Below are positions 30,974-39,798 of a stretch of DNA of 64,000 nt, piece by piece (the stretch's first letter is position 1; every line of letters begins with the position of its first letter). Source of the DNA: Acidobacteriota bacterium (lineage in GTDB: Bacteria; Acidobacteriota; CAIWXX01); NCBI GenBank assembly GCA_040755995.1, contig JBFMAF010000035.1, positions 128,001 to 192,000 on the forward strand, given 5' to 3'. A program made the translations under genes and the position numbers. A model generated the notes under the pieces. The model was not told where the DNA came from. It saw only the letters and a list, made by a program, of their open reading frames with translations, and searched no databases.

Positions 30974-31079
30974 ACCGTTCGAACGTCAAATTGCATATCG
31001 CAAGAGAAGGGCAGCGCGCGGCGTGCGTGCCCCGTGTCACGCATCGACCGCCATCACACCGCGCTTTGCGCGGGCCAGC

Positions 31080-31502
31080 TCATCGGTCGAGCTTGCGATC
31101 CAGCCTCACCTCAGTGCCGCCTCGGCGGCTGAAGCGGAACGCCACGTGCTCCATGAAGTTGCGCATCAGGAAGATCCCGCGACCGCAGGGCTTCAGGAGA
31201 TTCTCCGGCTTGGTTGGATCCGGGAGATTGCGCGGATTGAAGCCTGAGCCCTGGTCCTGCACCGACAGGAGTATCCGTCCGGGCTCACCGGACAGACGCA
31301 CCCGAACCTGCTTCTCGGGGCTTCTACGGTTGCCATGCAGGATCGCGTTGTTGAGCGCCTCCCGCAAGGCCAGGCAGATGTCAGAACAATGCGCCTCGTC
31401 GAATCCGCATCGGTGCGTGAAAGAACAACAAAGGTTGACCGCGATCTCGGCACACGCCAGGTCGCTCCTGAAGTTGAACTCAACGGTCCGCCGGTCAGCC
31501 AC
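31080..31502 (-). CDS. RsbW/SpoIIAB-like anti-sigma factor (HATPase_c)
   Basis: EALNNAILHGN, VQDQGSGF, PDPTKPENL, GRGIFLM. Confidence 0.9.
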   Translation of the reverse strand: MADRRTVEFNFRSDLACAEIAVNLCCSFTHRCGFDEAHCSDICLALREALNNAILHGNRRSPEKQVRVRLSGEPGRILLSVQDQGSGFNPRNLPDPTKPENLLKPCGRGIFLMRNFMEHVAFRFSRRGGTEVRLDRKLDR

Positions 31503-31672
31503 CGCGTCCCTTCCTCCGCTCTCCGGAGGTTATTCGATAGGCGGCCGGGCTGTCAAGGCATCATCGAGTACCACAATCCGGCAGCAGGTCCTCAATCGTG
31601 CTCGCGTGATCCATGCGATTCCGCTGAATCACGGGACTGTTGCCTTTCGCTCGCCGATACCTCGGGCACGCT

Positions 31673-32284
31673 GTGGATAAGCGTCATCGGATATTCATGG
31701 TCCCCAGCCAGAACTACGGGTTTGCACTGCTCTGCGGCGCAGAGGAAGCCGAAGCCCCACCTCGGCTCAGGCTCGCGATCTGGCGGAGACTCAGGTCGTG
31801 GTACTACCGGTGGACAGAGTCGGCCCTGGCACAGGAAAGAGCGCTGAAGAAAGCGCGGAAGGCAAGCTCGATCGAGGTCTGCTATCCCTCGCAACTCAGC
31901 CCGGAAGACGCGGCACAGCTCTTCGCCCGGCGTGTGCGCGAGGAGATGAAACACCACATCATATGGCTGCTCATCGATTTCCCTCTGCTGATCCCCGCAT
32001 CGCTGGCGATGTTCATCCCCGGCCCCAACGTGTTCTTCCTGTTCTGGGCGATCCGGATACTCGGGCACTATCACGCCTACGAGGGCGGCAAGCGCCTGCT
32101 GCGCCCTGACGCAGTGCGTTATCGCCCGTCGGCGGACCTCGGTGAATGGCACAAGGTGCTGAGGGACAGGATCAGCGAGCAGCTCGAACACGCGGTTGAA
32201 CGGCTGGAGCACCGTACGGGTCTGCGAAACCTCCGCTCCATCCTCCTCAAGAAGATCGAGGTCAAGCACAAGCGAAAAGCTTAG
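31673..32284 (+). CDS. Hypothetical membrane protein resembling the mitochondrial K+/H+-exchange-related family
   Basis: HIIWL..D....P.....IPGPNVF.....R..GHY.A..G pattern, judged by eye. Start uncertain. Confidence 0.6.
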   Translation: MDKRHRIFMVPSQNYGFALLCGAEEAEAPPRLRLAIWRRLRSWYYRWTESALAQERALKKARKASSIEVCYPSQLSPEDAAQLFARRVREEMKHHIIWLLIDFPLLIPASLAMFIPGPNVFFLFWAIRILGHYHAYEGGKRLLRPDAVRYRPSADLGEWHKVLRDRISEQLEHAVERLEHRTGLRNLRSILLKKIEVKHKRKA

Positions 32285-32391
32285 CGAGGCGGGGCCTCAG
32301 ACCTGCGGACGGAAGACGGGAGACGGTCCTCGGCCTAAGCACGCTTACCAGAGTCGCCAGCGGGTCTGGCGCGTGGCCCCTCCCGGTCCGC

Positions 32392-34335
32392 CTACTTCAG
32401 CCCATCCACCAGCCAGTCGCCCAGAACCTTTTTCCCGTCCTTCTCCACTTCGTAGCGAGTCAGAAGTACGCTTGATTTCTCAGTGTCGTCCTTCAGCCTG
32501 ACCGCAGCCTTTACTTCCACGCTCGATCGGCTCACGGCCCCTGTGGCCAGCAGAGCTCGTGCTCCGGGGGCGCGAGCCAGCGACTTCTGGGCCCGTGCCG
32601 CCTCCGCCTTCAGAGCCTGCAGTTCAGTGTCCAGAGCGGCGACGGCCTGGGTCAACGCCTTGACCTCGGCCTGCAGATCCAGCAGAGGCGTCGGGTTGTC
32701 GCTCTTGAGCGATTCCAAGAGAGAGAGCTCCTGCGTCCTCTCCTCGATCGACTTCTGGAGCGCATCAATCTGACCCGCGTACCGCGCCTCGATCTCAGCG
32801 ATCTGTGCATCGGCCGTGGCCTTGGTCTCGTTGTATTCTCGGGTCTTGTTGGCCAGGTCTTCGTTGTACATTTCGATGTTGCGGATGTTCGTGTCCTTCT
32901 GCGCCCGCTCCAGGTTCGTCTTCGGATTCGCATACTTGTCCACGATGTTCTGGGCCTTCGCGATCTTCTGTTTGAGCTGCTGGACGTCGTATCCAAGCCG
33001 GCCCAGATCCGCACCCGCCGCCTTGATTTCCGAATTCTTCTCGTCCAGTACCGTACTCAGCTCTCGCCTCTTCTGCGTCAGACCGATCATGATGTCGTCA
33101 GGGTCACCGGTCTTCTGCAGCGCCTCATACCTCGACAACTTCTCCTGTCTCGATGCAGCCTCCGCCTTCTTCTCCGCGAGCAGTTTCTCTTTGTCAGTCG
33201 CGACTTGACCGATCGGACCGAGTGCGAGCTGGTCGAACACCTCGCCAGCAGCCTCCACCTTCGCCTTCTCCACTGCCGGCGCGGGCCTGCCGTAGAAGAC
33301 ATTCGAGAGCGTCGCATCGTCGGGTTCCTCGCACGCACGCAGGAAGACCTTCGCGACAGTAAAGGGATCGATCGTCTCCTTCTTCAGCGCCTCCGCCCAC
33401 TGCTCGCTCGCCGTACCCTCGGAGAACAGGACGAAGATCAGCACCACCACGATGCCGATGATCACCAGTAGTCCTCCACCAGCGATGATCAGCAGCTTCG
33501 GTGAAAGCTGCGGCATCGCGAACCCCGGCTTCCTCTTGACTGGCTTCTTGCCAACCGCCGCCTTCTTCGGAACCGGCGGCGGAGCCGCCTCGGCCGGTGC
33601 CGCCTCTTCAGCCAACAGGTCCTCTATGTTCTCTGGCGGGAGCTTCTCCTCTTCCTGGGGCTTCTTCTTCCCAGGCTCGCTCTTTGGTGGCGGCGCGGCT
33701 TCGGGTTCCGGCTTCGGAGGTGGCACCGGCTTCTGTGGCTGGGCGCTCGGAGCAGGCGCTGGAGCGGCAGGCGGTGCCGCTGGGGGCGGCGCAATGGCCG
33801 GCGCAGGTTGGGCCGCGGGCCGTGGCTCGGGACGTGGTGCAGGGGCTTCCACCTTGCGCGCCGCGGGCGCCTCGCCGCGGACTTCAGACACCCCTGGCGC
33901 AACCGCTGGTGCCGCCACGGCAGGCGCTGCGGAGCCCGCGCCGGATTCCCGCGCCGCACCGCTTCCGGCGGGCTCAGCCGGGGCCGGCCCTGCTACCTGC
34001 GCGCCAGCCCCGGGGCGCTCTGCTTCGACCTCCTCCGGCTCCACTGTCACACCCTCCAGATCGACCTTTCCCTCGGGCTCCGGGACCATCTCCTCGATCG
34101 CCTTGTCAAGGTCCTCCGAGACAACCCGCGGAGGAGTATCAAGCGTGAACTCCTTCATGGCGTCGTCGAGCCCCTCGAGGAGGTCGTCCCTCCGCGCGGG
34201 CTCCTGCGGCGGCGGCGCAGCTCCCACCTCGAACGTCTGATCACACGTCTCGCACTTGACGCGCACCGGATGATCCAGTGCCTCGAGACCCGGGAAGTCG
34301 TACTCGGCCTGGCAATGTGTGCATTTTGCTTTCAT
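32392..34335 (-). CDS. Zinc-ribbon / Pro-Ala-rich linker / TM / coiled-coil protein
   Basis: N-terminal CTHC..VKCETC (MJ0042-like finger), long Pro/Ala/Glu-rich linker, one TM helix, long heptad-rich C-terminal region. Confidence 0.82.
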   Translation of the reverse strand: MKAKCTHCQAEYDFPGLEALDHPVRVKCETCDQTFEVGAAPPPQEPARRDDLLEGLDDAMKEFTLDTPPRVVSEDLDKAIEEMVPEPEGKVDLEGVTVEPEEVEAERPGAGAQVAGPAPAEPAGSGAARESGAGSAAPAVAAPAVAPGVSEVRGEAPAARKVEAPAPRPEPRPAAQPAPAIAPPPAAPPAAPAPAPSAQPQKPVPPPKPEPEAAPPPKSEPGKKKPQEEEKLPPENIEDLLAEEAAPAEAAPPPVPKKAAVGKKPVKRKPGFAMPQLSPKLLIIAGGGLLVIIGIVVVLIFVLFSEGTASEQWAEALKKETIDPFTVAKVFLRACEEPDDATLSNVFYGRPAPAVEKAKVEAAGEVFDQLALGPIGQVATDKEKLLAEKKAEAASRQEKLSRYEALQKTGDPDDIMIGLTQKRRELSTVLDEKNSEIKAAGADLGRLGYDVQQLKQKIAKAQNIVDKYANPKTNLERAQKDTNIRNIEMYNEDLANKTREYNETKATADAQIAEIEARYAGQIDALQKSIEERTQELSLLESLKSDNPTPLLDLQAEVKALTQAVAALDTELQALKAEAARAQKSLARAPGARALLATGAVSRSSVEVKAAVRLKDDTEKSSVLLTRYEVEKDGKKVLGDWLVDGLK

Positions 34336-34463
34336 AGATGCCTTCTGAACGACGCCATTCTAAACCAAACCGAGCGGAGATGAAATAGGAAGTTTAGTCG
34401 GCGGCCCGTGGGCGTACGTGTATGGCAATCTCGCGGTACGACTTGCGATGCGCAAGAAGCCTG

Positions 34464-34506
34464 GTAGGGGCGCGCGGCGTGCGCCCGCACGTGTGTGTGC
34501 GTGGGC
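34464..34506. repeat. GTAG-family REP-like sequence
   Basis: GTAGGGGCGCGCGGCGTGCGCCC followed by a GCCCGCAC..GTGCGTGGGC hairpin; same GTAGGGGCG start as 6827. Confidence 0.5.
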
Positions 34507-34524
34507 GGCGGTTGACTCCGGCGC

Positions 34525-34968
34525 CTAGCTCGCCTTGGCCAGTGCCGCGGGGCTCCTGCGAACGAAGTATCCCGGGATCTCTCTGAGTCTCCTGCTGATC
34601 ACCTCTACGCCGTTGATGAACTTGTGCGCCGGGTAGTGCTTCACGAAGCTGTCGCGGCGGAGCTCATAGTCCGAATCCGGGAAGTATCGTTCTTCCGTGA
34701 TTATTGAGTTATCGCTGTCAATCCATTCCACAGTCACTCTGAACACGCGTTCGACTCTGTCGGGGGTCAGGCTCGCCGACTCCCGAACGTACGTCTCATC
34801 GTCCATCCAGTAGGAGATCTGCTCCTTCTCGACCTGCCAGCCGTACTTGTGGAGCATGAGGTAGGACCAGAGGTTGTATTCATTTAGAGGCACGAAGCGC
34901 ACGTTTCTCAGCGAGGGCAGCCCGCCGTTTTGCGCCAACGTGCATTTAACCATCTTGATCTTGCCCAT
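34525..34968 (-). CDS. Hypothetical protein (147 aa)
   Basis: GGAGG RBS, natural globular composition, sigma54-type promoter upstream. Confidence 0.8.
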   Translation of the reverse strand: MGKIKMVKCTLAQNGGLPSLRNVRFVPLNEYNLWSYLMLHKYGWQVEKEQISYWMDDETYVRESASLTPDRVERVFRVTVEWIDSDNSIITEERYFPDSDYELRRDSFVKHYPAHKFINGVEVISRRLREIPGYFVRRSPAALAKAS

Positions 34969-34992
34969 CTACATTCCTCCGTCTATGATCCC

Positions 34993-35008
34993 TGCAAACT
35001 CGGTGCCA
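34993..35008 (-). promoter_or_regulatory. Sigma54 (-24/-12) promoter
   Basis: TGGCAC-CGAGT-TTGCA matches TGGCAC-N5-TTGCW with correct spacing, about 25 nt upstream of the ATG. Confidence 0.8.
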
Positions 35009-35322
35009 CGATATCTTTCGCTCTCATCGTCCGCATCCTACTGATTAGACGCAGCAACCAGGCGTCTGGTTTTGGCCTAGAGGCGGCCAGCGTGACTATT
35101 TTTTACACAGTACTGACAAAGACGGGCGAGGCGCGGCCTCCGCCGATCGGCTCCCCTCCTACCCGCACCCGCGCCCCAGGCCGGAACCCGGACGCGACCG
35201 GGGCCCCAACCGCCAGTGGCGTTGCCCTCGCGGGCGGCATTCGCTCCCGCACAGCGGAGCCCCGGGGATACTGGGTCGACGTGGTTGCTCCTCCGTGGGA
35301 CATCTGCTAGTATCGCCGCCTC

Positions 35323-38300
35323 ATGGAGGAGCGTTCCGGCCCGAGAGGGCTTCACTTGCACCGCCTCGAGCTTCTCGGGTTCAAGTCGTTCCCCGACAAG
35401 ACTGAGTTCGTGTTCCCTGGCGGCATAACCGCTATCATCGGGCCGAACGGATGCGGCAAGAGCAACATTCCCGATGCGATCGCATGGGTCCTGGGCGAGC
35501 AGTCAGCGAAGAGCCTCAGGGCCGAGAGGATGGAAGACGTCATCTTCAAGGGGTCGCAGAGCCGCGAGCCTGTGAACATGGCCGAAGTATCGCTGACGAT
35601 GCGCATCCCGGCGGCCGAGCAGAAGGAGCTCATCATCGCGCGCAGGCTGTACCGCGACGGCCAGAGCCAGTACGTGATGAACGGCGAGGTCTGCCGCCTG
35701 CGAGATATCCACGATACGATCTTCGACACCGGGATGGGTACGCGGTCGTACTTTCTGATGGAGCAGGGGCAGATCAGTCGCATCATCGACTCGAAGCCCA
35801 CCGACCGCCGTCTGCTGATCGAAGAAGCGGCGGGTGTCAGCAAGTACCGCGCCAAGAAACACGTCACCGAGCTCAAGCTCGACGACTCCAGGCACAACCT
35901 CGAGCGCGTTCGCGACGTCATCGCCGAGGTGCGCAAGACCATGAACTCGCTCAAGCGCCAGGCCGCGACGGCCCGCAGATACCGGCGCCTCGCGCTCGAG
36001 CGCACGCGACTCCAGAAAGTCCTGCTCTCATCGCGCTACGCCGCGCTCGCGGCCGAGCTGGATGCGATCGAGCAACGCTTCACGCGGATGAGGGAGCACG
36101 AGGCGGCCCTGGCCGCGCGGCTGTCGGCTTCCGAGCTGGACCTGGAGCGTGGTGACATCGAGGCCGTGGATGCCGAGCGCAGGGCGGAGTCGATCCGCGC
36201 CGCCGTTTACGAGGCGAAGCTGGCGATCGAGAAGGCCGAGTCCGAGATAGCACAGGCGAAGGCGCAGAAGACCAATCTTGCCACGCAGATCGACCAGCGC
36301 CGCAGGCGCCTTGAGATGCTCGGAGAGAAGGATCGTCAAATAGCCGAAGCGCTCCACCGGCGCACAAGCGAAGTGGAGTCGCTGGAGACCGAGCTGCACG
36401 AGGCCGACGGCGCTTTGCGGCAGGCGCTGGGTCGTCTCGAGACGGCACAGTTCGGGTCTCAGCGCCTCGGGGAGAGGAGCCGGGAGATCCGCGCAAATCA
36501 GCGCGAGGCGGGCCTGCGCGCCGCCACGATCAAGAACGAGCTGCTGGCGGTGATGAGCGAGCGGTCGAGGCTCGAGGGGCTGGAGAACAGGCTGCAGCAG
36601 GAGCAGCAGCGGGCGCAACAGAGAATCGGCGAGCTCGACCGGATGCTGGTCGAGACCGGCTCGCGACGTCAGGCGCTCGAAGACGACCTCTCGGCAATCG
36701 CCGCCCGGTGTCGAGAAGTCTCGGCGGCCGAGAGCAGCGAAGAGTCGTTGCTCGGCGAGCTCGATGCGCGTCTGGCGGACCTTGATCGGAAGATGGGGGA
36801 GACATCCAACCGGCTGGCGGCGCTGAACGCGATCGAGCGCGGGCGAAGCCTCGTGCCGCCGGGTGTGCGGACGATTCTGGGGCGCCTCGGTGAGGAGGTC
36901 GGTGCGAGGGGAATACTCTCGGATTTCATCGAGGTCGTCGACCCAGGCCTGATCTGGCCCGTGGAGAACTACCTGCAATCCATGTTGTCGGGGATCGTCC
37001 TGGATTCTTCGTCGACCCTGGCGGCGGCTCTTGCCGCCATGCCCGCCTCAGGGCAGGTCACGTTCCTGCCGGTCGACTCCATCGGGGCCGCCGGGCCGGG
37101 CGAGCCGGCTCCACCGTGCACTCCGCTGGCCAGCCTCGTAAGAGTACACCCGCAGCTCAGCGCGATCGAGAATCTTTTTCGCGAAATCTACATCGCCGAG
37201 AATTTGGACGAAGCCCTGCGGTTGCGCGCCGCGTTTCCTTCCACGTCGTTCATAGCGCGGAAGGAGGGTGTCAGTCTGCTCCGCTCTGGGGCGGTCTTGG
37301 CGGGTGCCCCTGGGCAGATCGAGGAGAGCATCCTGTGGATCAAGGCCGAGATCAGGCGGCTGGAGGCCGAGCAGGACGCGCTCCGCGCCGAGCAGGAGCC
37401 GCTCGTGGAAGAGGAGCGCCGTCAGAGGGCGCGCGTCGAGGAGATCCGGGGCGAGCTGGCCGGGCTGACGGCGGAACAGGCCGAGACCGAACGATCGTTG
37501 TTGCTCGAGCGCCAGCAGCAGGCACAGGGGCAGCGAGAGAAGAGCGACGCCGACGAGCACATGGCGACAATCGCGCTGGAGCTCCAGCAGGCGGCCTCCG
37601 AGCGCGCGGATGCGTTGCGGCGCCAGGAGGGGCTCCAGGCATCGCTGGGTTCGGTGGAGAGCGAGCTGGGGGCGATTGAGGAGGAGCTGGAGAGGATCGA
37701 GCGGGCCGTGGCCGACGACGTCGAATCGCGGACGGCGCTGGAACGCGTCGCCGGAGATCTGCGGACTGCGCACGGACGCCTGGTAGAGCGGCATCTGGCG
37801 CTACAGACCGAGAGGACGCGCGTCGAGAGGGAAGTTGCCGAGGTGCGGTCGGAGATGGAGACATGCGCCGAGGAGATGCGTGCGTTTGCGATGCAGGCCG
37901 AGCTCAATGAGGAGACGCGCGTGCGATTGGAAGAGCAGGTGGTGACGCGCATCCGGGAGCTTCAGGGTAGAGAAGGCGAGCTGCGATCGGCCGAAGAGGC
38001 CGCCACGAGGCTCCGGGAGGACGGCGCGCAGCGCCACGAGGCGGTGAAGACGCTGCGTGCGGAGCATCAGCAGGCGGCCGAGGAGCGGTCGCGCGTAGAG
38101 CTCGCGCGCGCGGAGAAACAGCGCGACATGGCCCATCTGCGGAATGCCTTCAGGGAGGAGTTTCAGGCGCAGCCCGAGCAGGTGCTGGAGGAGATCGGGG
38201 CCGAGTCGGCGACGGCTGATGCGGAGGCGGTGGCGGCGGAGCTGGAGGAGAAGAAGGCCGAGCTGGATCGGATGGGCGCGATCAACCTGCGCGCAATGGA

Positions 38301-38880
38301 GGACTACGAGCAGGCCAAGGAGCGGTACGAGCTGCTGACGGCGCAGGAGCAGGATCTCATCACCTCGATCGACTCGATGGTCAACGCGATACAGCAGCTG
38401 GATATCGAAAGCCGCGGAAGGTTCAAGGAGGCGTTCGAGGCGATCAATGGGAATTTCCTGGAGATGTTCAAGCGGCTGTTCGGCGGCGGGAACGCCGAGA
38501 TGAGGGTGATGGAGGCGGATGACATCCTGGAGAGCGGGATCGAGATCTCGGCGCAGGTGCCCGGCAAGAAGCAGCTGCCGCTCCTGTCGCTCTCCGGTGG
38601 CGAGAAGTCGCTAACGGCCATCGCGCTTCTTTTCGCCATTTTCCATTACAAGCCGTCGCCATTCTGCATCCTGGACGAAGCCGATGCGCCGCTGGACGAG
38701 CCGAACACGGATCGATTCCTGAGACTGATCCAGGCGTTCACGGCCAGAACGCAGTTCATCCTGATCACTCACAACGTCCGGACCATGCAGGCCGCGTCCA
38801 CTCTGTACGGAATCACAATGGAAGAGAAGGGCGTCTCCCGGCAGGTTTCTGCGCGCCTGAAGGAAGCGGTCGCGGTCTGA
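35323..38880 (+). CDS. smc: Chromosome segregation protein SMC
   Basis: GFKSF, Walker A GPNGCGKSN, coiled coils with hinge, LSGGEK, ILDEADAPLD, ITH. Confidence 0.97.
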   Translation: MEERSGPRGLHLHRLELLGFKSFPDKTEFVFPGGITAIIGPNGCGKSNIPDAIAWVLGEQSAKSLRAERMEDVIFKGSQSREPVNMAEVSLTMRIPAAEQKELIIARRLYRDGQSQYVMNGEVCRLRDIHDTIFDTGMGTRSYFLMEQGQISRIIDSKPTDRRLLIEEAAGVSKYRAKKHVTELKLDDSRHNLERVRDVIAEVRKTMNSLKRQAATARRYRRLALERTRLQKVLLSSRYAALAAELDAIEQRFTRMREHEAALAARLSASELDLERGDIEAVDAERRAESIRAAVYEAKLAIEKAESEIAQAKAQKTNLATQIDQRRRRLEMLGEKDRQIAEALHRRTSEVESLETELHEADGALRQALGRLETAQFGSQRLGERSREIRANQREAGLRAATIKNELLAVMSERSRLEGLENRLQQEQQRAQQRIGELDRMLVETGSRRQALEDDLSAIAARCREVSAAESSEESLLGELDARLADLDRKMGETSNRLAALNAIERGRSLVPPGVRTILGRLGEEVGARGILSDFIEVVDPGLIWPVENYLQSMLSGIVLDSSSTLAAALAAMPASGQVTFLPVDSIGAAGPGEPAPPCTPLASLVRVHPQLSAIENLFREIYIAENLDEALRLRAAFPSTSFIARKEGVSLLRSGAVLAGAPGQIEESILWIKAEIRRLEAEQDALRAEQEPLVEEERRQRARVEEIRGELAGLTAEQAETERSLLLERQQQAQGQREKSDADEHMATIALELQQAASERADALRRQEGLQASLGSVESELGAIEEELERIERAVADDVESRTALERVAGDLRTAHGRLVERHLALQTERTRVEREVAEVRSEMETCAEEMRAFAMQAELNEETRVRLEEQVVTRIRELQGREGELRSAEEAATRLREDGAQRHEAVKTLRAEHQQAAEERSRVELARAEKQRDMAHLRNAFREEFQAQPEQVLEEIGAESATADAEAVAAELEEKKAELDRMGAINLRAMEDYEQAKERYELLTAQEQDLITSIDSMVNAIQQLDIESRGRFKEAFEAINGNFLEMFKRLFGGGNAEMRVMEADDILESGIEISAQVPGKKQLPLLSLSGGEKSLTAIALLFAIFHYKPSPFCILDEADAPLDEPNTDRFLRLIQAFTARTQFILITHNVRTMQAASTLYGITMEEKGVSRQVSARLKEAVAV

Positions 38881-38895
38881 CGCTTTTCCAGAGTC

Positions 38896-39798
38896 TTGAT
38901 CGAGGATCGCATTCGGGACACCGCTTTCGGCCTGGGATTCGACGCGGCCGGCATCGCTGCTCCGGAGCCGCTCCCCTACCCCGGTATGCTGCGTCGATGG
39001 CTCGCAGCCGGCTGTCATGCAACGATGGGCTGGATGGAGAGGCGGGTGGAGCAGCGCGAGGACGTACGCAGGCTCATACCGGGCGTGAAGTCAGTCGTAT
39101 GCGTCGCACTGAACAGCTATAACAGCGTGCCCGGAGGCTCCGGGGTCGCGACCTACGCGAGGAATGTGGATTACCACCTGATCTTCGCAGAGAAGCTGCG
39201 GCGACTCGCTGAGCAGATTCGCACGATCATCCCGCTATGCAGCGTGCGGGCGTTCTGCGACACCAGCGCAGTGCTCGAACGTGCGTGGGCCGAGCGCGCC
39301 GGAATCGGCTGGATCGGCAAGAACGCCCACCTCATGAGTCGCCGCTTCGGCGCATGGCTTCTGCTGGGCGGGCTGCTCGTCGATCGCGAGCTCCGGCCGG
39401 ACCAGTCCCACCCCAACATGTGCGGGCGCTGCGATCGCTGTCTGCGCGCCTGCCCGACCGGCGCCATCCGCGCTGACTATACGGTCGACAGCCGGCGGTG
39501 CATCTCGTACTTGACCATCGAGCACCGCGGCGAGATCCCTGCCGATCTCGCACCTGCTCTCGGTGGGCACCTGTTCGGATGCGACCTGTGCCTGGCGGCG
39601 TGCCCGTTCAACCGCTTCCAGCGGGAGACGTCGGAACCACGGCTGCTTCCCGGGCCGCATCTGAAGCTGCTTGACGAGATACCGCGAATGGATGAGGCTG
39701 AGTTCAAGGCGCACTTCGGCGAGACACCCCTCGCACGACCCAAGCTTGCGGGAATGCAGCGGAACTACGCTCTCTCCATGATGGGGGTCGCTGGATGA
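38896..39798 (+). CDS. queG: Epoxyqueuosine reductase
   Basis: YA...DYH, ERAWA..AGIGWIGKN, CGRCDRCLRACPTGA, CISYLTIE, FGCDLC..CPFN. Confidence 0.94.
   Translation: MIEDRIRDTAFGLGFDAAGIAAPEPLPYPGMLRRWLAAGCHATMGWMERRVEQREDVRRLIPGVKSVVCVALNSYNSVPGGSGVATYARNVDYHLIFAEKLRRLAEQIRTIIPLCSVRAFCDTSAVLERAWAERAGIGWIGKNAHLMSRRFGAWLLLGGLLVDRELRPDQSHPNMCGRCDRCLRACPTGAIRADYTVDSRRCISYLTIEHRGEIPADLAPALGGHLFGCDLCLAACPFNRFQRETSEPRLLPGPHLKLLDEIPRMDEAEFKAHFGETPLARPKLAGMQRNYALSMMGVAG

Noticed and set aside
35323..38880. SMC as a Wadjet/MksB or SbcC defence or repair ATPase
   Set aside because: It has canonical housekeeping SMC length and motifs with a hinge, and no jet, mks or sbcD neighbours.
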